A stretch of DNA of 52,022 bases, filler included, from Sphacelaria rigidula (Eukaryota), in assembly GCA_964200075.2 (NCBI GenBank). It is 3 parts of 3 records of this genome, joined end to end, with 100 filler letters (N's around TTAATTAATTAA, not from the genome) between each part and the next. Parts side by side here need not be neighbours in the genome. Positions count along the whole stretch, not along the records: positions 1 to 17,275 come from CAXNAA020001123.1; 2 more parts are not named here. One strand, given 5' to 3'. Each line of letters starts with the position of its first letter. The first letter of the stretch is position 1. The position numbers were made by a program, and so were the translations under genes. Shown piece after piece: positions 1 to 11,800 of the stretch. The notes beneath the pieces were generated by a model. The model was not told the origin of the DNA, ran no database searches, and saw only the letters and a list, made by a program, of their open reading frames with translations.

Positions 1-50
1 CCCAACCGTCAGAGGGTTCCGAGGTTACCAACTGAGCCACCGGGGCGACC
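1..50 (-). mobile_element. 5' tRNA-like head of a SINE-like repeat, truncated by the window edge
   Basis: The reverse complement reads GGTCGCCCCGGTGGCTCAGTTGGTAACCTCGGAACC, containing the Pol III A-box TGGCTCAGTTGG. It is nearly identical to the head at 39934. Confidence 0.7.
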
Positions 51-864
51 AACTACTGTGAGCATATTAATGCTTTCAAGCTATCCAGTGTTTTTTCGCC
101 TTGCTTGTATGGCGAGTTGTTCGGTCTGCGCTTGGGGTAGACAGCAATTTCGTTTCAACCTTTCGCCAAAATCATGACACCCGTTGTGTGAGATGCGGGA
201 TGGAGAGCATCTGGTCGATATTCTGCACGCCAGTGTACACCTTTCGGTATATGTGCGTACATGAGCCGCGGTCACATTGTAGGGAGGTCAGCGCAAGAGT
301 TTTTAGTTTGTTGTGATATTCCTCGTTCCATTTGCAATGCTTGTCTTGTCGGCCATCTCGAGGGGGGTTCAGCGATCCCTTTCCGTCGTCCACCGTCTGG
401 TCAAATCTGGGTACCCACAACATGGTCGCAGTCGTCTGTTGGACATGATGGAGGAAAATCCCAGATCGTGTGTGCGTTCACCGGAATTCGAACGTACCTC
501 CCAATTGCCAGGACGTTTCCAGGCAACCATCCGAGCCACCGTGGCAGCCGGCTCGCGGTGGTGCAAAAACTGGTCGTTTTCATTCTGATGCCGATACTAC
601 TGCGGTCGTGTGCAGTGTTCCGTCTCCCGCCCCCCCCCCCGTGTGGTTCCTTACGGTTGGTCCGTTGAGGGGGATGGCTTCAACGACCATAGAATGCGAG
701 TCTCATTTTAAGGAGACTCACGGAGGAGAAGCGGCAGTATGTCCAGGCTTCCGTAGCCACTTTGTCGTGAAATCTTTCTGTCAGTTGGGGCCATCGAAAC
801 AGTCGGGCATGTAGGATCGCGCGCACGTAACACTGATTTGTGTATCGTCATTGTCGAATTGCAG

Positions 865-1251
865 GATGAACAGGGTGCCAGAAGAGAAGCTGACTTCCTG
901 GTGGACAATGCACTGCTGCATAAGGTGGACGACTTCTTTCGGCTGCACGATCTACTGTTGGACTTCATCAGACTGGAGTGTAGAAGCAGGCAGGAGTTGG
1001 TCGATGAAGCTGTCAGACGCCAAACGCAATTCCTGGGCAGCCTGGCGGTGGTCCGGGACTTTGATGTCAACGAGGGACTGAACACGGACTTTTACGCGCT
1101 GATCCGTTTGTGGCGTCCACTGGAGGAGCTGTCCGGCAATACGCAACTGGAGGTGGAGACTTACGAAGCCAGCCTGGGGGAGTTGGGTCAAGCTGAGTCG
1201 ACAGACGTGGCCGATTCGTATGCGCTTATCGCAAGACTATTTGATCTGCAG
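865..1251 (+). CDS. Internal exon of an NB-ARC-TPR (NLR-like) gene: winged-helix/post-NB-ARC region
   Basis: ttgcag| acceptor at 864 and |gtgggt donor at 1252; 387 nt, phase 0/0. Encodes DEQGARREADFLVDNALLHKVDDFFRLHDLLLDFI...ARLFDLQ, where LHD is the equivalent of the NB-ARC MHD motif. It ends in Q before the TPR exons, as in brown algal NB-ARC-TPR genes. Upstream exons lie outside the window. Confidence 0.85.
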
Positions 1252-1579
1252 GTGGGTGCTTGATGTTTTTGGCCATATTTTTTTAGGGAAGACACGTGTA
1301 AGCAGATGAAGCATGCTGATTTGTCTTTCAAAACGCCCCCAGCATCAGGTGAGAGATGTGACCTGAGGCAATGTTGGCGTGGTTTCCACGGCAAAGGCGA
1401 GAGTCACTGTGACGTTGCCTGTCCGGAGCAAAGTCTGTCGCTACGGCTGGGTTTCGTCACAACGGGGTCAGGGTGTCGTTGTGGCTACTCCCGTGCGATC
1501 AAAATATGACTCGCTTACCGCAGCCCTGCCATGTTGTGCGAAAGTTTCGCCGTCACTGGGCGCTCGTAGTTTCACACAG

Positions 1580-1671
1580 CGTGAATACACCGAGTCTGAG
1601 CCACTCATCGAGCGGGCACACGCCATGCGAGAGAAATCTTGAAACATCCAGACGTGCTGGGATCGACTCTG
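1580..1671 (+). pseudogene. Degenerate TPR pseudo-exon
   Basis: cacag| followed by REYTESEPLIERAHAMREKS, then a frameshifting deletion and HPDV in another frame. Matches the kinesin-light-chain-type TPR consensus GxYxEAEPLYERxxAIREKxLGPEHPDVA. The 3' end is approximate. Confidence 0.75.
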
Positions 1672-4599
1672 GTGGGACATGAAATTAAGCGACTTGGCAT
1701 GTTTTGATGTCACTGTTCGTGGCTTTGTGAAACTAGTTGGGATAAAGAGTCTCTCTCGAACCTACGGCCACGCGAAGTCACGTGATATGGCCCTGAATTA
1801 TGTCGTTTGATTTGCTTCTGATGCCGGATGAGTAGCTCGTGCCGTGCGGTGACCGTGATGGCTACAGAGCCACAACCGCGTCGGCCGACAGCCCGCGGTA
1901 GAGGCCTTCAATACAGCTGTACCTTTGGCTGTGCTCGAGCCAACTTCGTGTAGACGAGAAAGCACCGGACTGCCGCCAAAATGTGGTCCAAAATAATTTC
2001 GCCCTCCCGCAAAATATCAGTCTCGGTACTGAATAGTTGATCATCAACTAGAGCTCGCCGCGTCTATTTCAAGAGTGTCCAGGCACTCCCCACCTGCCGC
2101 CTGACGTAATCCCCACCTTACGCTTCATTTTTTGCCTGTTTTATGACGCAGAAAAGTCCACATGTGTGAGCAACCTGAACGATGACACATCTCTTGTCAT
2201 GAAAGGCCACCCATTAGTAACGTCTTTTATTCCGCAACCCAATAGTAACCAAGAAGCCGTTCTACGCCGATGACACTTTCTACGACACCCTCCCCCCCAC
2301 AAGTGGCTCGTTTGGGGAGGCAAAATCCACACGTGAATCGAAATGAAAAACGCCGAGCACAACGAGCATCTGGGAATTCCAACGCTTGGCTTCATTTTCT
2401 CCAATATCGCCCATATGAGGCGCTTCATGCAGCCTGAAACCAAACATCAGGCGCTGTGTATGACCATTTCCTTTGTGACAGTTCTGGGCTATAAAAAGTG
2501 TCTCCGTTCTTTCGGATCTTCGTTGCACCCAAAAAAAGTGAAACGACAAACGATAGATCAGGGCGACCCCCAGAAGACCTTGTAACGACCGCACATAAGG
2601 GCGGCGAAAGTCTGGGGCGATGATGAGTATGGACGTGCGAAAGCAAACGCACACAGGGGTTAGAGAACCGTCCGCGAACAAATAAGCTACATGCACTCGA
2701 ATTCGTACATTCGTCGTGCACTCCGGTACTAGTTACTGAAATGCTATCTACTTTCTCACCCGAGTTCTCCAGAGTTGGATAAAAAAAGGATGTGTGAGGC
2801 GTGAGGCCAGACGCACGAGCCCCTTCAGGTTCCGATGCAATGCAGTCTTCTCTAATCAAGTCACTGAGAAAACAAGGCCACTGTCGTACTGTCACCAAAT
2901 GTACACGGACGATACGGTCTGATCCCTGCACTATTTGTATTTATACACGTATCCGAATGTGGCATCCCCAACAGCAGTCGGCAGGAACAATTCCAACCCT
3001 AAAGATGAACAAGACTGCGGTCGCCCAAGCTTCTGCTTAAATCCCCTCGTCCGAGATAGAAATTCGCACTCGGGTAACTCAAAACAGTCTTGACATTCTA
3101 CTTTGTGATGAAGCTTGGTGGCAGTGAGATATCACGATGTGTGGGTCTGCTCGTAAACCCTGGATTCCGTGACGCGTTGTTACTGCGTTTGCTACCGTCA
3201 TTGGTTAGGATTGTCCGGCCGCGGCCAGGACCCACCTCGATCAGTTGCTGCCTTCCCTTGGTCTCTAATCTGGGCCATCACTACGCTCTGTTCCAATGGC
3301 TGCGCCGCGGCTGTACTGAGTAAGGGAGCTGCTTGTAGATATAACATGACGCTATGAATCACGTGAGTTTCAGATCAGCAGTATACATGGATGAACCTAC
3401 TGTGATTGTTCATGATGGATAGCTATAGGTCGTACGGTATACCCACGTGAGAGCTTGGGTTAGCTGGACCCAATGGTATCTCTTGGTACTCGTGCTGAGA
3501 GACCTCAGCCAGTGCATTAGCTGTCACATCATTATAACAACTTACTACTACCTGCCTCAACCAAATCAAGAACTCACCGAAGCCCATCGCCTTCACTCTC
3601 TGGCCGCTGAGGTGAGTATCTGTTGCCTCCGCATCATTTACGCTCGAGAAAAGAGTAGATAATTCCGATTCGACAGATGGTCGACCCTGGTGATGGAAGG
3701 AACATTTATATATATATATATAATATTATATATATACCTACATCTGATGGAGGATCCTAAAAAATGAGGTTGAACGCTCAACTGCGGATAAAGTCGCCTT
3801 TCGAAATACAGTATAAAGGTGTGTGATGTGCTGCACCCCTCCTTCTCATGTGACTACAACGCTACGGTGCTCTGCAGTGCAACCGTGCACAGTAGTATTC
3901 TGTCGCCTGTAGTCCAATACGGCGTGCACTGGGAACACAACAGTAGATGCCCTGTTGATGCCGACATGATTGAAGGCATGTCGTCTGGCGGGGCGGTGTG
4001 GCGAAGCTCAACCCACAGTGCTGCCAAGTACGGTTGTGCACTTGTTCCCAATGCTCCTGTGCTGCCGCAGGGGCGCAGCCGTTACGTCGGTATTGTTCCG
4101 TACGAGGATCATGCGGCGTAACTGCAGCTAGTGTCCCATTGTTCGTACCGGAGCACAGCCCTTTCCTTCCCCGAGCAAATTAACCAAAGCGAATTCCGAT
4201 TTTCGGCGATACCGTCTGCATGCCCAGGGGTACATCAGGGCTGGAAATGACCAACCCCAATCCCCTACGAACCCTTTTTTTGGGCCCGATTTTTTTAACA
4301 AGAACATGTAATTCTTTTTTTGACTCGTACATTGCCTTTTTGTGCTGCGTTGGTTTCGAGGCGAGGTTTTGAGGTGCCAAATCATTTGTGCGCTGGAAGG
4401 CGACATGGGCAGGGTGTGTGCGCAATGAAAAAACGTGTGGGGGGACGAGGGAGATGGGTGGGTGGGTGGGGAATATCCCGCTGACCCAGGTCACTTTCGA
4501 CGGATGAACTCAATTTCTTTCTGCTGGGAATTTGTGCCGCCTAGTCGCAACCCATCTTGCACTCTTATTCATGTTGAAAGGCGCAATCAGCGAGCATGT

Positions 4600-6500
4600 T
4601 TCACGACATTTGCGTGTGACTCTTCTTACGCTGACCGCCGTGAAGGGTTGCGGTTGCTGCAACCAAGAAGAAATTTGTCTGACCCGCGGTCACTTTCGAA
4701 TATAGCAAGCGCAGTCGACAATGGTATGAAGCTTGCGAGCTCTGGTGTAGACTGCTGCATAATCGTGTTAGTAGGGGGACACTCACTCGCAGGCAGAAAA
4801 CTACTCCAAGCAGTATCCACTCGTAAACACGCTGAGCTGGAGGCCCTGCAGGTCCCGGTATGGAATACGCCACCCGTATCACTACCTACTTGGACGACAG
4901 TGGCCTTCGAGAATCACAAGAGAACCGCCTTTTCGCAAGCCTCAAACGTCCACGCTGGCTCCTAGGTTGCAGGACCGATTTATCCGCCTGCCCTGCTGTG
5001 CTTTCGACCGAACTGGACCTGCCACGCTTTTTACGCCCCTCATGTACCCGCCTACCCCTTCCCGTGCTAATATTTTGCTGACTCTGCGCAAGATGATTGT
5101 CTTCTTGTTCTTGCTCTTCTTGTCCCTCTTCGTCTTCGTCTTCGTCTTCGTCTTCTTCTCCCTCTTCCTCTTCGTCTTCCTCTTCGTCTTCCTCTCCTTT
5201 TTCTGCTTTTTCCTCCTCGTCCTCCTCGTCCTCCTCCCCATCCTCGTCTTCATCCCTGCTGTCATCTACACTGACATCTGTGGAACTCCCGTCTCGGGTT
5301 GCCGTCGCCCGTTCTGTCGTGTTCCAATCAACCTCCTCGCAGTCTTGTGTGCCGTTTTGCGCGGTCTACCCCTTCCCGCCCCGATAATTCTGGGGAGCCG
5401 GAAAGGAGATGTTCAGCGTCTAGCCCGAACAGGGAAAGCGCCCCGCCGTCAACTCCAAGGTGGTGGGCTCTGCAGGGGATGACGGCGTGTCAAATGTTTC
5501 CAATATGACGTCGCTATGTTCGACCACGACAGCCTCCGGTCCCAACATCGCTGCCGACGACCACCTCGACATCAGCGGCCTCTGCGCCTCTTCTGTCATC
5601 CGCTGCGGTATCTAATGTAGCTGCTGTTTCCGTCTGAGGTCGGCTCGAGGCATCTGGGGTTCCCAACATCGTCTTCGTGGAGCTAGCCGATTTCTTCACC
5701 ATTCGCTTCCTGGCCATGTGACACAGCAACAAAAAGCGGCCATCGATTCTTGAACGTTTGAACAACTTTTGTCAGCTCAATCAGGTGGTTCGCAAGATTC
5801 GCAAAAACGATAGCACTCTGTAATGACTAAGGGGACTATTTTTCTCGCGCGCGCATCCAAAATTTTGAGGTTTCGATAACACCGCAAGCACGCGCTGACG
5901 GGAACCTTACTTGTGGTTCTCCGAATTCTTATGTCGTTGGACCACGGCTTCGGTCAGCTTTTTCACGTCTTTGCCGAAGACGTGATCGCACAAGCAGATC
6001 CACTCGCCGGCAGGGTTTTTTGTTGCTATGGTAGCAATCGGAAGCTCGGCTTCCTTATCCTGCGACTTTGTCGTGTTCCTATCGCACAACTTCGAAACAA
6101 CACGCAGGTGACACCGTCGAAGAGACAATTTTACAAGTTTAGGTAAAGGTGCATATGCATAGGTTGGGGACAGAGTTCATGAATGTATTTTTCCTTGCGC
6201 GGCCTAAGCCGGACGATATGAACGGTTGGCTGTTTCACGGAGAAAGTGGAGGAACGATATCGCGGGAAACTCAAACCCTGACAAACAGAACGCACTTGTT
6301 CCTCGCAGACGCCTCGTGCTATCTCAGCCGAGCCTCTCCCATTCCTCTCCCCGTACTGTCGAAAGGCTGCTTGCAAATCTTGCACCCCATCTTCCCTGGT
6401 CCAGTCTCCCGCAGAAGCCTGGCTACGACAGCCGCAACCGTTTCCTTTCCAGCAGATCTCGATTGTCTGCTGATGATTGCGCTGGTCGAGTTGGCAAATC
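4600..6500 (-). pseudogene. Decayed spliced gene with two U1/matrin-like C2H2 zinc-finger exons and a long acidic tract, antisense inside the NLR intron
   Basis: Exon ~6500-6296 encodes GCKICKQPF...LR*HEASARNK|gtgcgt. Exon 6078-5911 (168 nt, phase 2/2) encodes WICLCDHVF...QRHKNSENHK|gtaagg. The next exon starts at 5709 (KRMVKKS...) and continues with a frameshift, TAG stops and a D/E-rich run at about 5100-5260. Outer limits are approximate. Confidence 0.6.
5097..5255. repeat. (CTT/CGT/CCT)n imperfect trinucleotide tract
   Basis: Visible run of ttc/gtc/ctc triplets; it encodes poly-D/E on the minus strand. Confidence 0.9.
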
Positions 6501-7712
6501 CGAAGGATAAAGATTGATTGATCTGATAAATTGATCATGGCACTTGAACTGACCCCCCAGGGATGCAACCGTGGTCACATGATAGACGTATCCGGTAAAA
6601 ACGAGACTGGAAAAAATACTCCCTGTAGAAAAAGAAAAAGGAAGAAAAGTTATACCAAAATGCCGAGCAAAACGACACAGGAGGCTACGACGTGAAAGAA
6701 GAAACAGAAGTTAAAATCAGATGAAATAAAAAAAATGAAGAGGAGACGAAACTATGCGGGAGGCTGAATGGTTTTCGTGCCATAATTTCCTGCGCCTCGG
6801 CGGCACGTCAGCTAAGCGACCCCGCTTCTCTCGTGTGGCGGGTGACCAAGCCGATCCATTACCCGAACCCTTGAGAAGTTGAATTGCAATGAAGGTAGGT
6901 CATAGTGCAGCGCATGACGTTGACTCGTTGCGGTATGGTTCGAGAAATACACCGGGTTCAAAGCCAACCGTACTTATGCAAAGTTAGAAACTGCACTACA
7001 GTATACCTTGCCGCAAACCGGTACTGGCAGTTTGTCGTGGACGAAAATGTCTCGGCCGCAGGGTGATGTGCAGACGGCAAAACCGCCGCGCTTCGCACAC
7101 GTTGATGTCGCATTGCTATTCATGTCACCTTCTCGGGCGTACCCCTGTTGTCCTACTCTGGTGTACCATTACAACATGTTCTGTTCATTGCTTTCCTGTT
7201 CTGCTGCTACGACATCCAAACAAGCTCACCTTGCATGCAGACGTGTTGTTGTTCTCGGTTTTACATTCCTCAACTTCCTTGAAGTGCCTGCACCAGCCGA
7301 ACTATCAGCCACTGCTGCGGCGCTGGTGTCGGCCATCCCTTCAGCTGATCCACGCTGATTGCGGTCCACTGCACTAACAACTAAAACTCTGCAAACCTGG
7401 TGCTTAGCAGATCCAAAATGCCCCTCTTCTTTTACTTTTTCCCCTTTACACTTGATGGCTAAATCAGCTGAGTCCGTTGGTCAGGGGGACACTCGACCGT
7501 ACACTGTGCGGATCTATGTATATGCTTCTGTCACGTTGAAAACACTTTGCGTCTCACCACCCAAGCTCTACCCAGTATCTCAAGCAACACTGAAGAGGAC
7601 CACACTCGCTGAAATGTGTAAAATCTGTACAGGTCGACGTCCAGATTCGGCACGTGTTTATGTTTGACCGTGCTCCAGTGTCTATACAGTCATCCAATGA
7701 TGATCAAACCGT

Positions 7713-7810
7713 ACACTAACATCAAATATTCGACTTGACACACTGAATTCAAGTAGTTGTTGACTACACTAAGTCCAAGTAGTTTACAACTACACTACAG
7801 TCAAGTAATT
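7713..7810. repeat. Short degenerate tandem repeat (~26 bp, ~4 copies)
   Basis: Recurrent ACACT-N4-TCAA(G/A)TA motif. Confidence 0.5.
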
Positions 7811-9531
7811 AGCGCGGGCTTGCCGCCCGGCGCCCCNNNNNNNNNNCAGATGATTTTTTGAAACAACAAATCCCAATTGATTTCCAACACACCTCAATCC
7901 AATACCTAGCCCTCGCCTTGCCCCCCCCGCCCCCCCCCCCCCCCCCCCCTCGCCCAACCCCCCTTTTTTTTTCTCGAGTTTGGAAAAGGTGGGGGGTTCT
8001 GTTCCATGAAAAATAATATTGACGTACCCTTGGTATGCCCTCAAAACGGCCATCTCGCAGCCGAGATTCTGTGCACGGTGAGTGGATGCATATGTGAACG
8101 GTAGCGCACTCACTTTCGCATCATGATCACCTGGTCTGATGACAAAACACTTTTCACAACACGAACGCGCCGATGGACAGAGGATCCGCGCATATAGCGG
8201 CGTGTTGTTGGGTATGTGGTATCTTGATTGCAGCGAACACAAAGCGGTGAAAGTGTGGATCCACACCAACCGTGACTGTATGCATGGTGAATACTCAATA
8301 TAGGAGATGACATACTGCTTGAGATGCCAAGGTTCACCAGTATGGCGGCCTCGACAGTATAATTCGAAACTCAAGGCTGGAAACTACTTGATTTTTCTTC
8401 CAAAAGTAACCGTTTCGTCCACCTTCGGTACATGTATCAGGTAATAACGGCTGGGTTCTTGGAGACCAAAACATTTGGGTGACAACCAATGACCACGAAA
8501 ACCACTCGTCGGAGAGACTTCTACAGCACATCGAAAAAGGCGGAAGTGGGCTTGTGCTATAGTACAGAATAGTATGACGTGTCACACCCTTCATTTCGTC
8601 ATTCGATTTTGAAGAACTGCTCGGTTTTGGTCAGGCGTTCGAAACGGGGGGCACATGTCGATCAGGAACCTGGCCGTTGATGGAAGTGCGGAACCATGGA
8701 GGTCACTTTTGTTCCAAATGCCCTCAAGTGGTTCCGGGAGAGTTGGTTTCTTGCGGGGCTGAAATATGGATGCGATTTTAATTTCGAACGACTCCCATCA
8801 GAGTTGGCGTAAGGTTCACCCACAGGAGAAGCGTGCCTTGACCCAGGAGCGCCGGAATTTTCGGTGCAAGGGTCGCCCAGCGGGCATGGATTGTTGAGAA
8901 ACGTTGTGGCCACGATTACGGTATTCGTTCCCCGAGATCATACCTCTGTATGAGCGTTACCAGGCGATCGGGGAGGACCTGGAGTTGGCTGTAACGCTTT
9001 AGTACGTACATGCACTGTTCGATTCTTGCTCAGCGGGGACACACAGTCGCTTTTTGTTCCGTTGTCGGACCTTCAAATCACCTCAAGTCGCTGCGGGTTC
9101 CACGAGCGTAACCTTTCGGGTTGACCTGGGAAGCAGCTTGATTTTGTGTGACATAACACTCTTTTTCCATGTCCCAGTTCGTGGCCAGCTTCCGTTACTT
9201 ATCTCGGGCTGTATCGCGCTCGAACGCGAAAACTTTCGAACAAGCGGTGTGGGGCTGAGGAAGGAAACACGATATCGGTAATTTCGGCAGTCCAGACTTC
9301 TCTGAGCCATCACTGCTATCCTCTTCATCTTCGTCTTCCTACAACAAGAACATCACGGAGACGAGATATTAACTACCCAGCTACAATCAACCATATCATT
9401 GGTGATGGTTCACGAGAAATGACGTGTCATCAGCCATGTGTGGTGTGCGACAGTCGCTGATGATTAACCCGAACGATTGAGACAGATAAACTCGCCGTAC
9501 GTGGGAGCCGTGAAGACCTGGCGTAGTACCG

Positions 9532-9658
9532 TTCGTTGTGAGCACACAGCGCTCACCGCCTGCACATGCGGGCGGGGCGGTGGAGCCAGCGTGTCACCGC
9601 AGTCGTAGGTCGATCTGTGAGTGAGACACGACGCCCTCGCGCTGTGTACTACAATGCA
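9532..9658 (+). repeat. Intronic TPR-cassette leader, copy 1 (ends in the splice acceptor)
   Basis: 127 bp identical to 10078-10204; followed by G (completing AG) and then the TPR exon. Confidence 0.9.
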
Positions 9659-9659
9659 G

Positions 9660-9691
9660 GGGCGGTACGCGGAGGCGGAGCCGCTGTATGA
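9660..9691 (+). CDS. TPR exon of the NB-ARC-TPR gene, 5' part (the rest lies in the N gap 9692-10077)
   Basis: aatgcag|GGG CGG TAC GCG GAG GCG GAG CCG CTG TAT GA = GRYAEAEPLY(E), phase 0. Confidence 0.9.
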
Positions 9692-10077
9692 NNNNNNNNN
9701 NNNNNNNNNNNNNNNNNNNNNNNNNNNNNNNNNNNNNNNNNNNNNNNNNNNNNNNNNNNNNNNNNNNNNNNNNNNNNNNNNNNNNNNNNNNNNNNNNNNN
9801 NNNNNNNNNNNNNNNNNNNNNNNNNNNNNNNNNNNNNNNNNNNNNNNNNNNNNNNNNNNNNNNNNNNNNNNNNNNNNNNNNNNNNNNNNNNNNNNNNNNN
9901 NNNNNNNNNNNNNNNNNNNNNNNNNNNNNNNNNNNNNNNNNNNNNNNNNNNNNNNNNNNNNNNNNNNNNNNNNNNNNNNNNNNNNNNNNNNNNNNNNNNN
10001 NNNNNNNNNNNNNNNNNNNNNNNNNNNNNNNNNNNNNNNNNNNNNNNNNNNNNNNNNNNNNNNNNNNNNNNNNNNNN

Positions 10078-10204
10078 TTCGTTGTGAGCACACAGCGCTC
10101 ACCGCCTGCACATGCGGGCGGGGCGGTGGAGCCAGCGTGTCACCGCAGTCGTAGGTCGATCTGTGAGTGAGACACGACGCCCTCGCGCTGTGTACTACAA
10201 TGCA
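10078..10204 (+). repeat. Intronic TPR-cassette leader, copy 2, with no exon after it (empty site)
   Basis: Identical to 9532-9658 up to ...ACAATGCA, then continues TGCGACGTTTCG instead of G|GGGCGG. Confidence 0.85.
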
Positions 10205-10522
10205 TGCGACGTTTCGTTTGCCGGGCTACTCTGCGCGCACTGCGAGATGATTCAGGTGCGGTTTCGATGCCGACCGTATTCGCCCGGCGATGTCAATATC
10301 GTCATGGTATGCTCCGCCGTCTCCATCCGATACCCACAGGAGGAGTCGTGTAAGTCGTGATGGTAGCCGGCCCGCCACAGTTGCTGTTCCATCTCTGTTC
10401 CAGAAACGGTGTAGCGGATGCCGGCGGTGATGCAGTATTTATTCCGGGTCGGGCGCTCAGAGTTGCAGTTGTTGTTGTTGTAATATGTGTGCGGTCGTCA
10501 CCGGAGGAAGAGCGGTGATGTA

Positions 10523-11800
10523 CAGGCTGGGCGAGCCTCGAGAGGGATTTATGCACTGAAAGCGATATCTCAACGACACTGACGAGTTGGGTCGTGATCG
10601 ACATATCGTATCAATCGTCTGATCAAGGGGAAGGTGCCCATCTGCTCAAAAATTTTGTTCATTTTTTTCCTCTGGTTCACATTCCTAGTGGTGATGGCGC
10701 ACACACTCGAATCTATATTGAACCCCGAACGATCGATGAAGCGGATGAAGATCATTTTTGATGTGGACCCTTCCTGGAGCATGGGGAAACGAGAGCTACC
10801 CTCACTCTCACCAATTCGTTATCTATCTCGAGAAATAGCGCACATGAGGTTCCATACTAAAGTCAGTATACTATGAGCAGGGGCACTAAATGACCTAAAT
10901 CTGGATATCGCGTCTCAGGTTCTGAGAGTTGTCCCATTAAATTTGGTATGGAGAACCGCTAGGGCATAACAAAAAAAATACAGCTCCCACGTTTTTTTTC
11001 TCTCGTTTTCTCTCACCTTTTCTCGTGTTTTTAGGAGGTTTTCGAGGATAAATGAACAATGCTCTCGGGTTTGACTCAATTTTTGAGCTCAATCTTTAGA
11101 ATTGTGAATTGAAACTTGGCATGGAGAACGACAGAGGTATGCTGAGTAAAAGAAAGTGGGCTTTCATTTTTTCTTTTCATAAAAGGTTCGGGCGTTCTCG
11201 TAAAAAAATCATCGTTGCCACACTTCAATGCCCGCAATCAGTGAAAAAATAATATGAAGCGCAACCTCCCCCATTTTACTTGATTCATCACGACCTAGCA
11301 AGGTCCCGCACAAAGTAATCAACCAACACCAAACGTGGGCCGATAAACGGCTTGCAAAACACTGTTTCGAATTCCCGCCGCCTCGGTTTTTCAAGTGCAA
11401 TGTCGCAATTTACTTCTTGCTCATAGGCAAGATTTATTTCCTTTCCGTTCGTGCTCATCGATGAATCTGTAATGTTTTGATCCGACTAGGGCTGCCGCTG
11501 TACGTTGGCTATGCTCGGCGAATTTGTAAATGTAATGTGGACTTGGAAAGTGAAATTTGGTATGGAAAATCAACAGTGGAGAACAAGAGCGGTCTATGAG
11601 GTCCCAACGTTATTTTTTTTTGTTCGTGAGTTCAGGGCATTTCACTAAAACATCAAGTAAAGAAATCGTTGGGACCTCGCAGACAGCTTTTCTTGATGAC
11701 CTGTTGATTGTCCATACCACATATCATTTTCCAACTCCCAAGAAAAAAATTGCGAATTTGCCTGCAAAGTACAAATCCGCTTGTAGGCTGGCCCAGGCTG
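10523..11800. mobile_element. Non-autonomous Tc1/mariner-like TIR element (TA target) in the NLR intron
   Basis: TA|CAGGCTGGGCGAGCCT ... AGGCTGGCCCAGGCTG|TA. The internal sequence is shared with ~18850-19170 and 33684-34440. Confidence 0.7.

Noticed and set aside
3106-3636. Possible solo LTR (TGATG...CATCA)
   Set aside because: No clean TSD and no second copy in the window.
5350-5375. AT-hook-like GRGRPRK on the minus strand
   Set aside because: It is not in the frame of the acidic tract and neighbouring pseudogene peptide, so it is probably chance.
4942-5482. Lys/Arg-rich, Phe/Leu-rich and poly-Ser ORFs
   Set aside because: These are alternative-frame readings of the trinucleotide tract.
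7062-7120. cag|GDVQTAKPP...HVDVA as another TPR relic
   Set aside because: The similarity is too weak and the spacing is wrong.
9464-10170. Long ORFs spanning the N gap
   Set aside because: These are artefacts of translating Ns.
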